A DNA stretch of 63,830 bases, the filler included, from Octopus bimaculoides (Eukaryota): NCBI RefSeq assembly GCF_001194135.2. It is 7 parts of 6 records of this genome, joined end to end, with 100 filler letters (N's around TTAATTAATTAA, not from the genome) between each part and the next. Parts side by side here need not be neighbours in the genome. Positions count along the whole stretch, not along the records: positions 36,612 to 44,840 come from NC_068985.1; positions 44,941 to 59,794 come from NC_068989.1; 5 more parts are not named here. One strand, 5' to 3'. How positions within the stretch are numbered: position 1 is the first letter of the stretch; every line of letters starts with the position of its first letter. Shown here piece after piece: positions 38,585-52,000 of this stretch. Made by a program: the position numbers and the translations under genes. The notes beneath the pieces were generated by a model that saw only the letters and a program-made list of their open reading frames with translations, made no database searches and was not told where the DNA came from.

Positions 38585-39175
38585 ACCTGGATAAATATCT
38601 CTTTCTACCAAGGCCAGGAATTTCGGAGGAAGAGCTACTCGATTACATCGACCCCAATGCCCAACTGGTACTTATTTTATTGACTCCGAAAGGATGAAAG
38701 GCTAAGTCGACCTTGGCGAAATTTGAACTCAGAACGTAAAGAGCCAAATGAATACTACTAAGCACTTTGTCCTCGTGCCAACGAATCTGCCAGATCACAG
38801 CCTTAATCTGGTTAAATAATAGTTTCAAATTTTGGCACAAGGCCAGCAGTTTTGGAGTAGGAGCCAAGTTGAATAAATTGACTCCAGTGTTCAAAGGTAG
38901 TTATTTTATCGTTCCCGAAATGATGAAAGGCAAAGTCGACCTTGACGGAATTTGACCTCGGAACATAAAGACAAATGAAATGCTGCTAACCATTTTGCCC
39001 GACATGCTAACGATTTTGGCAGCTTACCGCCTTAACCAGGTTAAATAATCCTTTTTACTAAGGCACAAGGCCTGAAATTTGGGGAGAAGGAACTAGTCGA
39101 TTACATCACTGATACTTAATTTATCGATTCTGCTGGCGATTCTGATTGCTCACCGCCTTAACTTGATTAAATAAC
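38585..39175 (-). mobile_element. Three family-A SINEs in tandem, separated by four copies of a ~15-bp flank
   Basis: Flank copies: ACCTGGATAAATAT 38585-38598, ATCTGGTTAAATAAT 38806-38820, ACCAGGTTAAATAAT 39035-39049 and ACTTGATTAAATAAC 39161-39175. Confidence 0.75.
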
Positions 39176-40280
39176 AACAACAGTCCTGTTATCACTATAT
39201 ATTTATATACCTTTTTTTCGGTCATGGAAGATCTCACATCGGTTTCGACGATGAATACGCCAGTTATTTGGTCAGCTGAACAACTTATTCATTATGGATG
39301 TGTATAAGTGACAGAATATTCCAAAGACGAGTGTGCCCTTAAATAATCTCCTTGTGCTGCCAGTGTCACACAGCACATAGCAAGACAAGCTATTGAAAAA
39401 ACAGGTGAGAGCCTAACTGAAGGGCTTCCACACAGTTTCCGCATACGCAGTTTCTTTCATAATGCTTGGAGCTATTTCGAGTATGAAGTAAAGATATATA
39501 TTCGATGTGCCACGCAGTGAGATCGAAATCGGAACCTCATAATTGCGGAGTAAAATTTACAGACATTAGGAAATATTTGTATTCTTTCAGACAGGAACAC
39601 ATTGTTTAATGTATTATTTATTTCTAAGACTGTAGAGTATGGGTTTTGGAGACATTTAGCTGCTATTTCTAGCAATTCAAATGCGTACGTAATGGACCCT
39701 CGTTGAAAGGAAACCTTACATTGAAGAACTTAGGTTACATTTCTTTTTTCTTTGTGTTAAAATTTGTAAAACTTATTGGAATCTATTCTTTTCCTCTGCT
39801 ACCACCATGGCTGGTAAAGATAAAACTACCAGTAATATATTCGTGTATCGTTAAATCAGCTATACTCATCCCCATTACCTTCTGGAGATTTACCTTCTCC
39901 ATAGTCAAAACGCATAATTAGTTTTTATTAGCAGCATCACTTTGTCGAAGAATAGGTTACTGGAATCAATTATAAATTAAATCTTTGCCGTAAAGGCATG
40001 TGTTGGTTTCGTCTAAAATCTAACGATAGTTTTAGTGGAGGCTGTAAGCCGACACAGTTAAAAAGAAGTTTGTACTTAGGAGTCTAAACAGCCCATACAA
40101 CAGATCCGGAAAGTGTGTATTCAATCTATACAGATAACAGAGGTGTTCAAACAGATGTCGTGAATTTGTGGAAGTCGGAACTATATTTTATTACAAATTA
40201 GAAGTGTAAATTGAATGGTGAGAAGTCTGAGATTCATAGAGACACAAAAACTTAACGAGTAGCATAAAAATACTAAGCAT

Positions 40281-40366
<86 letters not shown>

Positions 40367-41449
40367 TGTAGTTTCCGTTCTTTCTACTAATCAATAAGGA
40401 CATCCGGTTAATGAAAATATTACCCCAGAAAATGTTTACGAATATACACTAGAAAATACGTGTTGTTCCACTATTAAAGGTCTTTGCGTAGGTTATTTAT
40501 TTCTTGTGTTTAAAAATATAACTATATCCTCTTTGTTTTTCTTGTCAGTTTATATGGAACACTTGTATATAGTAATGTCATTTATATGAGAGATGCCAAC
40601 GGATGTGTCCGACACAAAAGTTTGACACGTTGCTAACAGTTTGCGTTTTATTGTTGTAGTATTTGTTTCTATTTTATCTATTTATTTTATTTATCTTTAG
40701 TTAGAATAGTTAAATGAAATACACGTTAAATGCAATACTCGTTTTTGGAGGTTTGCTTGCAGGTGTGGACTTGAAAAAGTTAATATGTCTGACATAGATT
40801 CTTTTCTCTACGAACTTTTAGCGAAATCAAAACTCGTACGTATATTACATTGTCTCTATTGTATATCTGTCTTGTTCGCTCTCGCTTCAAACTACTTGTT
40901 CGCTTGACGTCGACCTGAACAATATCGGGGTATTATAAAAAAAACACACACACACACACATATAGATATATAAACGAAATAAGGATTTATTACATTTATG
41001 TTTTTAACGACACCCTCCTTGCGTTTTTCTTTGTTTATTTTGGCTGTTTATTTATATATTATTATTTGTCTATTTTGCTAACTTTATTCTAACGTCCAGT
41101 AATGTTGTACATGCCTTGTAATACTTTGTTGTTGATGATATTGTAGACGTTATCATTGGAACACATCAGAAGTTTTCTTTAGATCTTTAGAAATAATCTC
41201 TTCCATTATGTATTTCATGTTCAGTTGTCATCATTAATTTCTGTGTAAGAATTTTTCGTCTTCTTTTTTCCTTTGCTTTTTCAGTAATTTGGAACTATTT
41301 CTGCACATGTTGTAACCTCACATTCTTTGACACTGATCGTCTCTGTCTCTAGCAATTTTACAGAACAGATTTCTGAGGTAATGGTGGGGGGAAACCCCTT
41401 TCTAATCATTTCAACTGTCAGAAATAGCAGCCAAATTTCCTGAAAATCC

Positions 41450-41850
41450 GTTCTATAAATGTAATTATATGCTGGATGATGTAAACCTCTTTTCTGTTAA
41501 CGGAAAAGAGATGATTATGAATATTGCTGGTGATACAAGCGTTGGCTAAAGATTGCCCTGCAGTAAAAGGGAGAAAAAATTCAATAGATTCCTGAGTAGT
41601 GTAGCCTGGACGGAATATTTTTTGGTTGCTGTTGACCACGTGAAATGTTGATCACATGAAATGTGGCACAATCGACATTTTCGGTTGTATCTTGGGTCCC
41701 CAAAGCTTCACTACCTTTCTCATTCGTAAAGTGCTTTGTAGCAAATTCTTGCTTTTTGCATTGCAAATGCATGACCTTCGAAATGTGATGTAGTGATCGA
41801 GAGTCCAAAAAAGGCTACACTTCATGTCAATATTTGTTACAAATCTTGGC
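41450..41850 (-). pseudogene. Possible heavily decayed LINE reverse transcriptase fragment
   Basis: AKSKNLLQSTLRMRKVVKLWGPKI..K and SVNRKEVYII resemble RT subdomains downstream of YADD. There is no intact catalytic motif. Confidence 0.25.
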
Positions 41851-42445
41851 ACAAAGCCAGCGATTTTAGTGTTAGGGGTGAGTCGATTACATTGGCCCCG
41901 TTGATCAACTGGTAATTATTTAATCGGCCTCGAAATTATGAAAGGCAAAATCGATCTCGGTGGAATTTTAATTCGAAATGTTGTTGGCACTCCGTCGCTT
42001 ACGACGTCGAGGGTTCCAGTTGATCCGATCAACGGAACAGCCTGCTCGTGAAATTAACGTGCAAGTGGCTGAGCACTCCACAGACACGTGTACCCTTAAC
42101 GTAGTTCTCGGGTATATTCAGCGTGACACAGTGTGACAAGGCTGGCCCTTTGAAATACAGGTACAACAGAAACAGGAAGAAAGAGTGAGAGAAAGTTGTG
42201 GTGAAAGAGTACAGCAGGGTTCGCCACCATCCCCTGCCGGAGCCTCGTGGAGCTTTAGGTGTTTTCGCTCAATAAACACTCACAACGCATGGTCTAGGAA
42301 TCGAAACCGCGATCCTATGACCGCGAGTCCGCTGCCCTAACCACTGGGCCATTGCGCCTCCACAATTCAGAATGTAAAGATGGACGAAATGCCGCTAAGC
42401 ATTTTGCTCGGCGTGGTAATGATTCTGCCAGCTTGTCGCTTTAAA
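41845..42445 (-). mobile_element. Family-A SINE interrupted by a family-C SINE (41981-42363)
   Basis: Degenerate TSD AATTCGAAATG (41970-41980) / AATTCAGAATG (42364-42374). The family-A halves join across the insert. Confidence 0.85.
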
Positions 42446-42948
42446 TTGAGCTAACATTAGTATTATTTTCAAGTATTTGGAAAATATCCCATGCATAATT
42501 TTCCTCCACCCCATTTTTTTTTTTATGTTGATACGTTGAGCAATTTGCATCTAGGTCTTTCTGAGGTATGTAACTCCAGCAGTTTGGGGTTATATTGGAA
42601 GTCGTCAGGACGAGAATACTTCTTAAGGAGCTCTCTGCCGACCTGTAGGTTGTTATTCTCTTCGCTTTTCAGCACTAGGTTTCTATATATAATTCTGTTC
42701 TTGTTGCTTAGCAGGTGCTGACTGAGAGATACTATACGCCATTGCATGGATAGATGGATGGATGGATGGGTGGATGGATGGATGGATGAATGGATGGATG
42801 TGTGTGTAAGCCTGAGCCTCAATTATTTCTTGACATTCTATATATTTTCTATCTGCTTGTGTAAGTCTTGCAATATATATATTGAAATAATTACATAAGC
42901 CACCACACAGGAATATAATAAATCTTCTGCATGAAACATAATATTCAT

Positions 42949-43236
42949 CGTAGAAGAGGTAATTTGCAGGTCGTTAATAATAATAAAATAAGCATGACAT
43001 AGCTCTGCACCGTGGAAAATCACATTCCAGTTGAAGATGCGTGGTAAACCGTGACCGGCGGAGGATTTTGATAAATATTTTACTGAAATACCACTGCGTA
43101 GAAGTGGTTATTTTCTGGTCATCAATAATAATAAAATGAACATGACATAGCTCTGCACCGTGGAGTATCATTTTCCGGTTGAAGATGCATGCTAAACCGT
43201 GAACAACGGAGGATTTTGATAAATATTTTACTGAAA
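42949..43236. repeat. 148-bp tandem duplication (2 units plus an older partial unit upstream)
   Basis: CGTAGAAG at 42949 and 43097; CATGACATAGCTCTGCACCGTGGA at 42993 and 43141. Confidence 0.9.
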
Positions 43237-43755
43237 CGAAAGGGAGAACAATAGGTATGTAGTTAGACAACCGAATCTTGACTGTAGTAAATCCAGCATT
43301 AACTATAATGGTGATGGGTGAAACTGTAGAATGATTAGTGGTTCATGATGTCAACCAAGGAATAAATTCTAAATAAACCAGGACTGGAATTTTTATAGTT
43401 TTTTTAGTTAAAGATATTTCTCTGATTTCATTACGTTCGTAATGGTATTTCATAAATGAATGGACATTAGAAAATCCCTTTTATTCAACCTTGAAAAATC
43501 ACTAAATGTAAGAGGACGGAGACAGATAACCAAAGTAGCTAGAAGCTGAATAGTCTGCAGTTCATATTCTATCATAGTGTTAGTACGTCTAGCCATGGTT
43601 CTATGTTATATTCTGGTGACGTTTACACCAAGACAGCTCTGATCAAAGACAATGACCGTCCTGTTGGAGAGTGTAGCCAAGACTATATTATTTAATGTTT
43701 CGGTCAGGAATTTATTTAATCCGGCTGTCAACGTAGATGCACAAACACACACACA

Positions 43756-43790
<35 letters not shown>

Positions 43791-44840
43791 TTACATATAT
43801 ACATTTTTCTACACAGTGATTCACACATATATATGCTACATATGCATTTATATGCGTTAATATACATACATACATATATGTATGTATGTATGTATATATA
43901 TGCATAGGTGAAGGTGCATACCTCAGTGGTTAGAGAGTCAGGTTTACAATAGTGAGGCTGTGTGTTGTATTCTTGAGCAAGACATTTTATTTCACGTTAC
44001 ACCAATTCAGTCAGCTGTAGAAATGAGTTACAACATCACTGATGCCAAGCTGTATCGGCCTTTGCATTTCCCTTAGACAACATCAGTGGCGTAGAGGGGG
44101 AGGCTGGTATGCATGGACGACTGCTCGTCTTCCACAAACAACCTTACCTGGATTTGTACCTCGGAGGAGAGCTTTCTTGGTGCAAACACATGGCCGTTCG
44201 CGAACGAAGGTGTTCTTTCCAATAAATACTGGTGCCTTGTTGTACCACTCATCTAAATTTATATGTATATCCTTATGAGGCTTTATTTTACTGGAAAGTA
44301 ATACATTTGTATTGCAATATTTTTCATTGAAAAAAACTTCTTCACTTTTCTCAGTTCTGTTAACGGCTAGGCGAGTATACTTGGCATTGATGTGGTAGCA
44401 TTTGAAATATTGTCTAGGTAAATGCAGCTGATGAAGACTGATCAAATTTACGTTGTGAAACGTATTTGAAGAGTCAGAAACCGGTCCTGCATTATCCGAT
44501 TCTCGGTTGTACATTTATCGAATGTTCTTCCAAGAGGTAAGACAAATTTCTCATGTTTTGTTGCACACACGTTTTTGCCAATATATACGCAGTGAAGCTT
44601 ACAATAGCGTCGTAATTATATCGATTGCTATTTTCCAGTAAATACTGGTGCCTTGTTGTACCACTCATCTGAAATTAACGTGCAAGTGGCTGAGCACTCC
44701 ACAGACACGTGTACCCTTAACGTAGTTCTCGGGGGATATTCAGCGTGACACAGAGTGTGACAAGGCTGGCTCTTTGAATTACAGGCACAAGAGAAACAGA
44801 AAATAAGAGTAAGTTGTGGTGGAAGAGTACAGCTGGGTTC

Positions 44841-44940
44841 NNNNNNNNNNNNNNNNNNNNNNNNNNNNNNNNNNNNNNNNNNNNTTAATTAATTAANNNN
44901 NNNNNNNNNNNNNNNNNNNNNNNNNNNNNNNNNNNNNNNN
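44841..44940. other. Artificial assembly linker N44-TTAATTAATTAA-N44
   Basis: 12-mer at 44885-44896. Confidence 0.97.
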
Positions 44941-46378
44941 ATATGCGTGTGTGTGTGAGTGTATATGTGTGTTCGTATGTATGTACTTATTGTATCTATA
45001 CGACTGTATAGATTTACGGAATTGTAATAGAATATTCATTGATATTTGAAATATATTCTTTAAAGGATACTGAATAAAATTATCCATATTTTATACTCAC
45101 TTCCATATTTAGTCAAGTTAATGATAGCCTATAACTGCAGAAGAGCTTTGCATAGCATACTACAAGATTTTCAACCGAATTCTAGTTAACTATGAACACA
45201 CACACACACACACACACACACACCACATACATGTATATATATATACACACACATTTATATGTGTATGTACGTATATGTGTGTGTGCATATATGTATGTTT
45301 ACGTTTGTACCAATGCATGTTTTTTATGCACGTGTCTCTATATATAACGTTTGCTTGACGCGTGTGTGTATAACATGTATGCAATGTGTGTGAGTTTACG
45401 TATCAAACGGTGTATGATACCTCGTCGGCAGATCATTATACTGTGTACATTAAGAATAAGTAATTTCCCTGGTTTGTTTATACATGGTCAGAAGTGAAAT
45501 ATGCTTCTGGGATTCTTAATGTTTATAAAGGTGAAGATATAAATATAAAACGCGAATGAAAACGAATGTCTAGATTGCCTTATATACATTAATTTCCACA
45601 CACACACAGACAGACACACACACACACACGCAAACACGCAAATATATGTATGTATGTATAACAATGTCTGTAATCATAGGCGTATGGGTAATTAAATGTA
45701 TGTGGTTTACAGGAAGGAAGAGAAAGGTAGGTATACGAAGGTAAATATGTGTACATACACCTATCGTATTTACATACTTGCATACACAGAAAAAAATACT
45801 CACTGACACACACATACATAAAAAGTATCTATATATATAAATATATATATATATATAATGTACGTACATATATATATATATATATATATANNNNNNNNNN
45901 NNNNNNNNNNNNNNNNNNNNNNNNNNNNNNNNNNNNNNNNNNNNNNNNNNNNNNNNNNNNNNNNNNNNNNNNNNNNNNNNNNNNNNNNNNNNNNNNNNNN
46001 NNNNNNNNNNNNNNNNNNNNNNNNNNNNNNNNNNNNNNNNNNNNNNNNNNNNNNNNNNNNNNNNNNNNNNNNNNNNNNNNNNNNNNNNNNNNNNNNNNNN
46101 NNNNNNNNNNNNNNNNNNNNNNNNNNNNNNNNNNNNNNNNNNNNNNNNNNNNNNNNNNNNNNNNNNNNNNNNNNNNNNNNNNNNNNNNNNNNNNNNNNNN
46201 NNNNNNNNNNNNNNNNNNNNNNNNNNNNNNNNNNNNNNNNNNNNNNNNNNNNNNNNNNNNNNNNNNNNNNNNNNNNNNNNNNNNNNNNNNNNNNNNNNNN
46301 NNNNNNNNNNNNNNNNNNNNNNNNNNNNNNNNNNNNNNNNNNNNNNNNNNNNNNNNNNNNNNNNNNNNNNNNNNNNNN

Positions 46379-46433
<55 letters not shown>

Positions 46434-46614
46434 TACACACACAGATATATATATATATAAAGGCCACGTATTATAATATATTTCATATATTTTATTTATA
46501 CTATATGTATATATAGTATAAATAATATTTATATTTATATATATTAAATGTATGTATTGTTGCTCATGTTTTATTAATGAATGAATATAAATGATCATAT
46601 ACCTGCAAATATGT

Positions 46615-46654
<40 letters not shown>

Positions 46655-46912
46655 GTGTGTGTGTGCGCGCGCGCGCACGCCACGAAGTCACTTTAATCAG
46701 TTGATCTTGGCTGCAGATGGTAACACACCTATGCCACCGTATAAGTTTTTCCACCCCTTTCATTGAAAAGCAAGATACTGAGATCATTTCCCTTTCATTG
46801 AAAAGGAAATGATCCATATAAACGAAAGTATCCTGCTTAGTATTATTTTAAATAGTAGACCTTTTACGAGACAATATAATCTATCCATCTATCTATCTAT
46901 CTATCTATCTCA

Positions 46913-47334
46913 TTTCTTTATTTCCCACAAGCGGCTAATCTTAGAGGGGACAAAGAAGAACAGACAAAGAAATTGAGTCGATTACATGGATACCAGTAAA
47001 TTAAGTACTAGTGCGTAACTGGTACTTAATTTATTGACCCCGAAAGGATGAACGGCAAAGTCAACCTCGGCGGTATTTGAACTCAGAACGTAACGGCAGA
47101 CGAAATACCTATTTCGTTATTGCCCACAAGGGGCTAAACATAGAGGGAACAAACAAGAACAGATTAAGTCGATTACATCGACCCCAGTGCGTAACTGGTA
47201 GTTAATTTATCGACCCCGAAAGGATGAAAGGCAAAGTCGACCTCGGCGGAATTTGAACTCAGAACGTAACGGCAGACGAAATACCGCTAAGCATTTCGCT
47301 CGGCGTGCTAACGTTTCTGCCAGCTTACAGCCTT
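46913..47334 (-). mobile_element. SINE family A head-to-tail dimer (second example)
   Basis: Same architecture and the same junction ACGAAATA-CC-TATTTCGT (47100-47117) as 6830-7249. Confidence 0.9.
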
Positions 47335-47456
47335 CTATCTATCTATNNNNNNNNNNNNNNNNNNNNNNNNNNNNNNNNNNNNNNNNNNNNNNNNNNNNNN
47401 NNNNNNNNNNNNNNNNNNNNNNNNNNNNNNNNNNNNNNNNNNNNNNNNNNNNNNNN

Positions 47457-47499
<43 letters not shown>

Positions 47500-47542
47500 G
47501 TGTTTGTCTGTATGTATGTGTGTTTGTGTTTGTGTGTATGCG

Positions 47543-48432
47543 TACACGGGTAATACACAAAATAATGTCCCCAAAGCGCTGGGGACGCAGGGAAACTGTG
47601 CGTGTGGCTATTGGTAACACTCTTGTGTTTGTTGTAAATGCGCCTGCTCTTGCGCGCGCCTCGATGTCACGCTCAGTCTTGGCTTGGAAGTAGTATCTGA
47701 TGGAGCTCCCGATTGACGCTACCGTCAAGTGTGAAGTTCGTGCTATTATTTGGTCTTTAAACGCAAAATGCATGAAACCATTCGAAATTCATCGCCAATT
47801 AACAGAAGTGTATGGTGAGTCGTTCAAGGATGTCAAAAACGTCCGCAAGTGTTGTATGGAGTTTGCAGCTGGCCGCACAGAATTTCATGACGAAGAAAGA
47901 AGCGGGCGACCATCAATTTCCGACCTGACAATCACGAAGGTTGAGAAAATCCTACGTGAAGATCGGTGGATCAGTCTGGATGATTTCTGCATTTTGGTTC
48001 CTGAGGTTTCACGAATCACCATTCATAGGGTTTTGAGTGAAAAGTTGCAATATCTGAAGGTGTGCACAAAACGCGTGCCACGTATGCTGAGAGAAGACCA
48101 TAAACGGCAACCCAGCTTATAGTCTGCACTTGGCACCCAGTGACTACCACCTGTTCCCTAACCTGAATGAGCATTTCGCCGGAACCTGCTTCAGCAACGA
48201 GGACGAGGTGAAAGATGAGGTTGAACGTTTCCTCAACGACATGACGGTGACGTGGTATAGCACGGGTATACAAAACTGCTCCAGCGCCTACAAAAATGCA
48301 TCGACCGAAATGACGATTATGTCGAAAAATAGAGAAAAGTTCAAACTTTAAAATGATGTAAATATCATTGCCAATAAACGTTTCTGTGACATCTAAATAT
48401 TTTTGGAACTTACTTTAGGGATTACCCTCGTA
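47543..48432 (+). mobile_element. Internally deleted mariner transposon 1 (non-autonomous)
   Basis: TA-bounded degenerate 28-bp TIRs TACACGGGTAATACACAAAATAATGTCC / TACGAGGGTAATCCCTAAAGTAAGTTCC (20 of 28 match). ORF 47700-48122 has HTH motifs EIHRQL, HDEERSGRPS and KRVPRML (WVPxxL). After the junction at ~48110 come YSLHLAPSDYHLFP (YSPDLAPSD motif) and the terminal DDYVEK*. Confidence 0.92.
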
Positions 48433-49281
48433 TATCAATATATATAGGTATAAAATGGGCTCGTTTGAAGGAGAAAAGTCTGCCGGGATTAACTTAACTG
48501 TATCAAACGAAGGAGCGTGGAAGCTAAAAAACGAAAATCAAAGAAAATGGTAGTAAGTAGAAGAGTTGTAACAGAAGTGTTAAAAACAAACTATTTTTAA
48601 ACAAATGGCGAGACACTTAAAATGTTAGAGAGAGTCCTGAGGTGGAAGAAGTCAAATGTAATGACAAATGTTTGTGGTAAATTTTGATGAGAACTTAATG
48701 GAAGATAGATGAAGTCTTAACATGTGGTGCGAAGATGGAAAAATAGCAGGAAAGTGAAGTAGTAAATTAATACGAGAAGTATAAGTAGTGCGCTATACGA
48801 ATGCGTCTTGTGAGTGTGTGATTGTGTGAGTGAGTGTGTGTATGTGTGTGTGTGTGTGTGTGTGCGCATGTGTATATGTCTATTAAAGTGTTAAATAAAG
48901 TTGTCAAGCAATGTTGGAAGTTGTTTACAAAATTGAAACAAAGCTAATATAATTTGTGGCGGAACAATATTTCAAATAATCAATTTATACGGTCGAATAA
49001 TCAAAGAATACATTGCTACAAAAGAGAAAGCATTTCATCGAACTATGAATTAAACTGGAACCTTCTAACACCACTTTGACCTTTACACTTATCGAAATGC
49101 TGCTTCCATTTTACAGGTTTCGTAATGATTTATATTTCAACGTTTAAACATTTAATGAAATAGTTGGTCAGATCTGGATTTTATATGGGGCAAAATGTAT
49201 TTGTTCTCGCCTAGCACTTGTACGTAGTTTGGTACAAACTACACATGACACTGCGTGTAGATGATGGTGTTGAAAATATTT

Positions 49282-50122
49282 TACGAGGCGGTCACCGGAA
49301 ACGTTCTCAGTGGGACGAGCCCGTAGTATTTCGGGCTTCTGTCGCTAGAAGCCACTTGATACGACCTTCAAGTATTAGTCTACCGATCAGCGTTGTGGGA
49401 TGAGGTCGTATTGCTACGTGGTACAGCCTTATTTTGCAGTGGTTCCTCAATGGCCGTAGATTTTTTGCGTTGGCTGAAACGAAGGAGCAGCGTACTTCCA
49501 TGAAATTGTGCTTCCCGCTGGGGAAAACAGCGGCCGAAATTGTCCCCATGCTTTAAACAGCTTACAAGGACGATTCCCTGACCAAATAACATTTTACGAG
49601 TGGTTTTCACGCTTTAGGAATGGTCACATGTTGCTTGAAGACCAGCCTCATTCAGGGCGACCGTCGACATCCCGAACGAATGGAAACATCATGAATATTC
49701 ATGAACTCATCTCGGATGACCGCCTCATTAATCAATTGACGAACTTGTTCATGTGAGTGAGGTGCAGAAAAATTGATGCTTCGCTTGCTCACGGAAGTAG
49801 TCACGGCTGAATACGTGTCGTAAACTGAAAGAAGTGTTGGTAGTTGATCCGGAAATTTTTTGGAAGGTCATCACTGGTGATGGAAGCTGGTGCTACAGAA
49901 TTTGCAGATGTGGAAGAGGTGAAGAAAAAACACGACGAAGGTGTTAAAAGGCATCACTTCACAAATTTTTCAAGTATTGCTTCCAAAAGGAGAAAACGAG
50001 TCTGAACCGATTTATTGCTACAAATGGAGAATTGTCTGAAGGGGATAACAGCGTAAAGGTTTAAGGCTAAGTGAATAAAATAACATTGCAAAATTCCGGT
50101 TTCTTTAGGGTACCACCTCGTA
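49282..50122 (+). mobile_element. Internally deleted mariner transposon 2 (different family)
   Basis: Ends TACGAGGCGGT / reverse complement TACGAGGTGGT. Translation gives EQRTSMKLCFPLGKTAAE..FYEWFSRFRNG..LEDQPHSGRPSTSRT..VITGDGSWCY, then jumps at ~49896 to FADVEEVKK..IATNGELSEGDN. Confidence 0.9.
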
Positions 50123-51159
50123 TATTGAAGTTATCCAACGCTAAAACATTCTTCTTAACTTATATGACGATGCCTACTTCAGATAAAATTATACAAAGTT
50201 GTTTGGCTACTTTATTATTTTGATAAACATTTTATATTTTATTTCTTTTATACTTTCATTCATCAACATTGCTCTTCCTGCTCCCCTCTTCCCCCTTATC
50301 CTCCTCATCATCATCTTCCAGAAAAAGAAATGCAGCAGCAGTAAGAACAGCAGCATCATCGACAACTGCTGCTGCGTATATCTAAAGCGGATGTGCGCGT
50401 GGGTAAAGACACGTATATATGTACACATAAGTATATAAGCAGGCAAAAATAGAAAGGAAGGAAGAGAGAGGGGAAGAAAAGGGAAAAAGAGAGAGGGAGG
50501 TTGTGTGCTGGTTAAAAGACTGGCTGTATAGCATATACATATTGAATTATGGATATGTAAACACACTGGGGAGCACACGTATACAGACAAATGAACTGAC
50601 AGACAAGTAATTATACAAATAGATAAACATACAGAACGAAAGCATTCAGAAATGCTGCCATACAGGCATATATAAAAAGAAAATAATCTGGCTGACAGAC
50701 AAACTAACAGACTTTGAGATATACCTTTGAGAAATGCAGACAGCGAAATATATGAAGACCTCCGGCCAAGCGGAAATTTTTCCGCAATCTTTGATTTCAT
50801 TGCAAAACGAAGAATTATGATGACATTTGGAAATAACTATTTTCTATTACATTTCTTTAAAATATTTCTCGTGCAGTTCTCATTGTTGTTATTAATTGAC
50901 TGTAGTCAGCTATAATTGGTAAGATCTATGAGTGGAGGCTTAATTGCAATCTACAGGTCAGTAACCCTATATAAGCAGTATCCGGTAACTAATATTAGGC
51001 TAAATTTCGTGTTTTAGTAGGCGACAATGTCAATCATACCACGTATTACACTATCATAAAATTTAGAACATGATATATTTAGTCCCTTTCCCATAGTTTG
51101 TAATTGGTTTGGTGAATGTTTAGGGAATGCGTTCAGATCCTTCTCAGACTGACGACGAT

Positions 51160-52000
51160 GATGTAATTAATATTCCGCTTGAAGAGTTAAACTCAATGGC
51201 TGCAAGAAAAAAGAATGTTATGCGAAAGGAGAGAATTCATTCCAGAGGTGTGGTGTTTTAAAGAAGGGAGACTTAGTTTCGGATTAGAAACAATTTAAAA
51301 GAGGATGGACTAGGCAAGCCAGTATACTTGAGTGGAAATGTGATGAGATGAGCTGCTACCACTAGTAGAAAACATCGTAACAACGAGTGTAAGGCAAAAG
51401 CTGAGACGGTGACGAGGCATCATTTATATGATCCAGACGTTGTAGTGTATTATAGAGCAACTTTATGCTGATTTTGGAAGTGTATGCAGCAACAAAACCG
51501 TTACAGATTCGTTGGCTGAACATACTTGCAGGCTTCAACTGAATTTTGTGTTCCTCAAGAGGAAAGGTAGGCATTGTGATATAGTTTAAACCATGTGGAA
51601 GCTGTTTCTTCGTCAGAAGGTATCCTGCTGATATCACGATATCCCCTTGTATGTGTTCAATTTGCCTAAGATGAGATAATACTTGTTGTCACGGGTAAGG
51701 ATTGCCTCTTACTCATGTTCAATGAGACAAGATTTGGTATGGTTGCAATAGAGAAAGTCTATGTTCATGGAGATTGGGTTTGAGATGTCTAGGAGGTTAT
51801 ATGTGAATCCTATTTTGGAACAAATGCTTACAAAGGAATGAAAAGTAGTATCATATATAAAGAAATAAGTTTTCATTGTTTGATGTGGCAGTATGTCGTT
51901 AATGTGTAGCAGAAACTTTGAGATGGGGTACAAAACAAAACCTGAGAGGCACTGGAGTTAATAGAGTGTTGTACAGGGAACGACATCCTTCAGCACACGT
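51160..52000 (-). pseudogene. Decayed CR1/Jockey-like LINE ORF2 3' part (reverse transcriptase)
   Basis: Minus strand across frameshifts: INSSASQ(G)FVLYPISKFLLHIND..FFIYDTTFHS (cf. INSGVPQGSVLSPTLFLLHIND..YADDTT), SPSQLLPY, and C-terminal FFKTPHLWNE..FKRNIN. Confidence 0.75.

Noticed and set aside
44428-44466. CTGATGA...GAAACGTA hammerhead-like spacing
   Set aside because: The intervening sequence cannot form stem II, and stem I does not pair.
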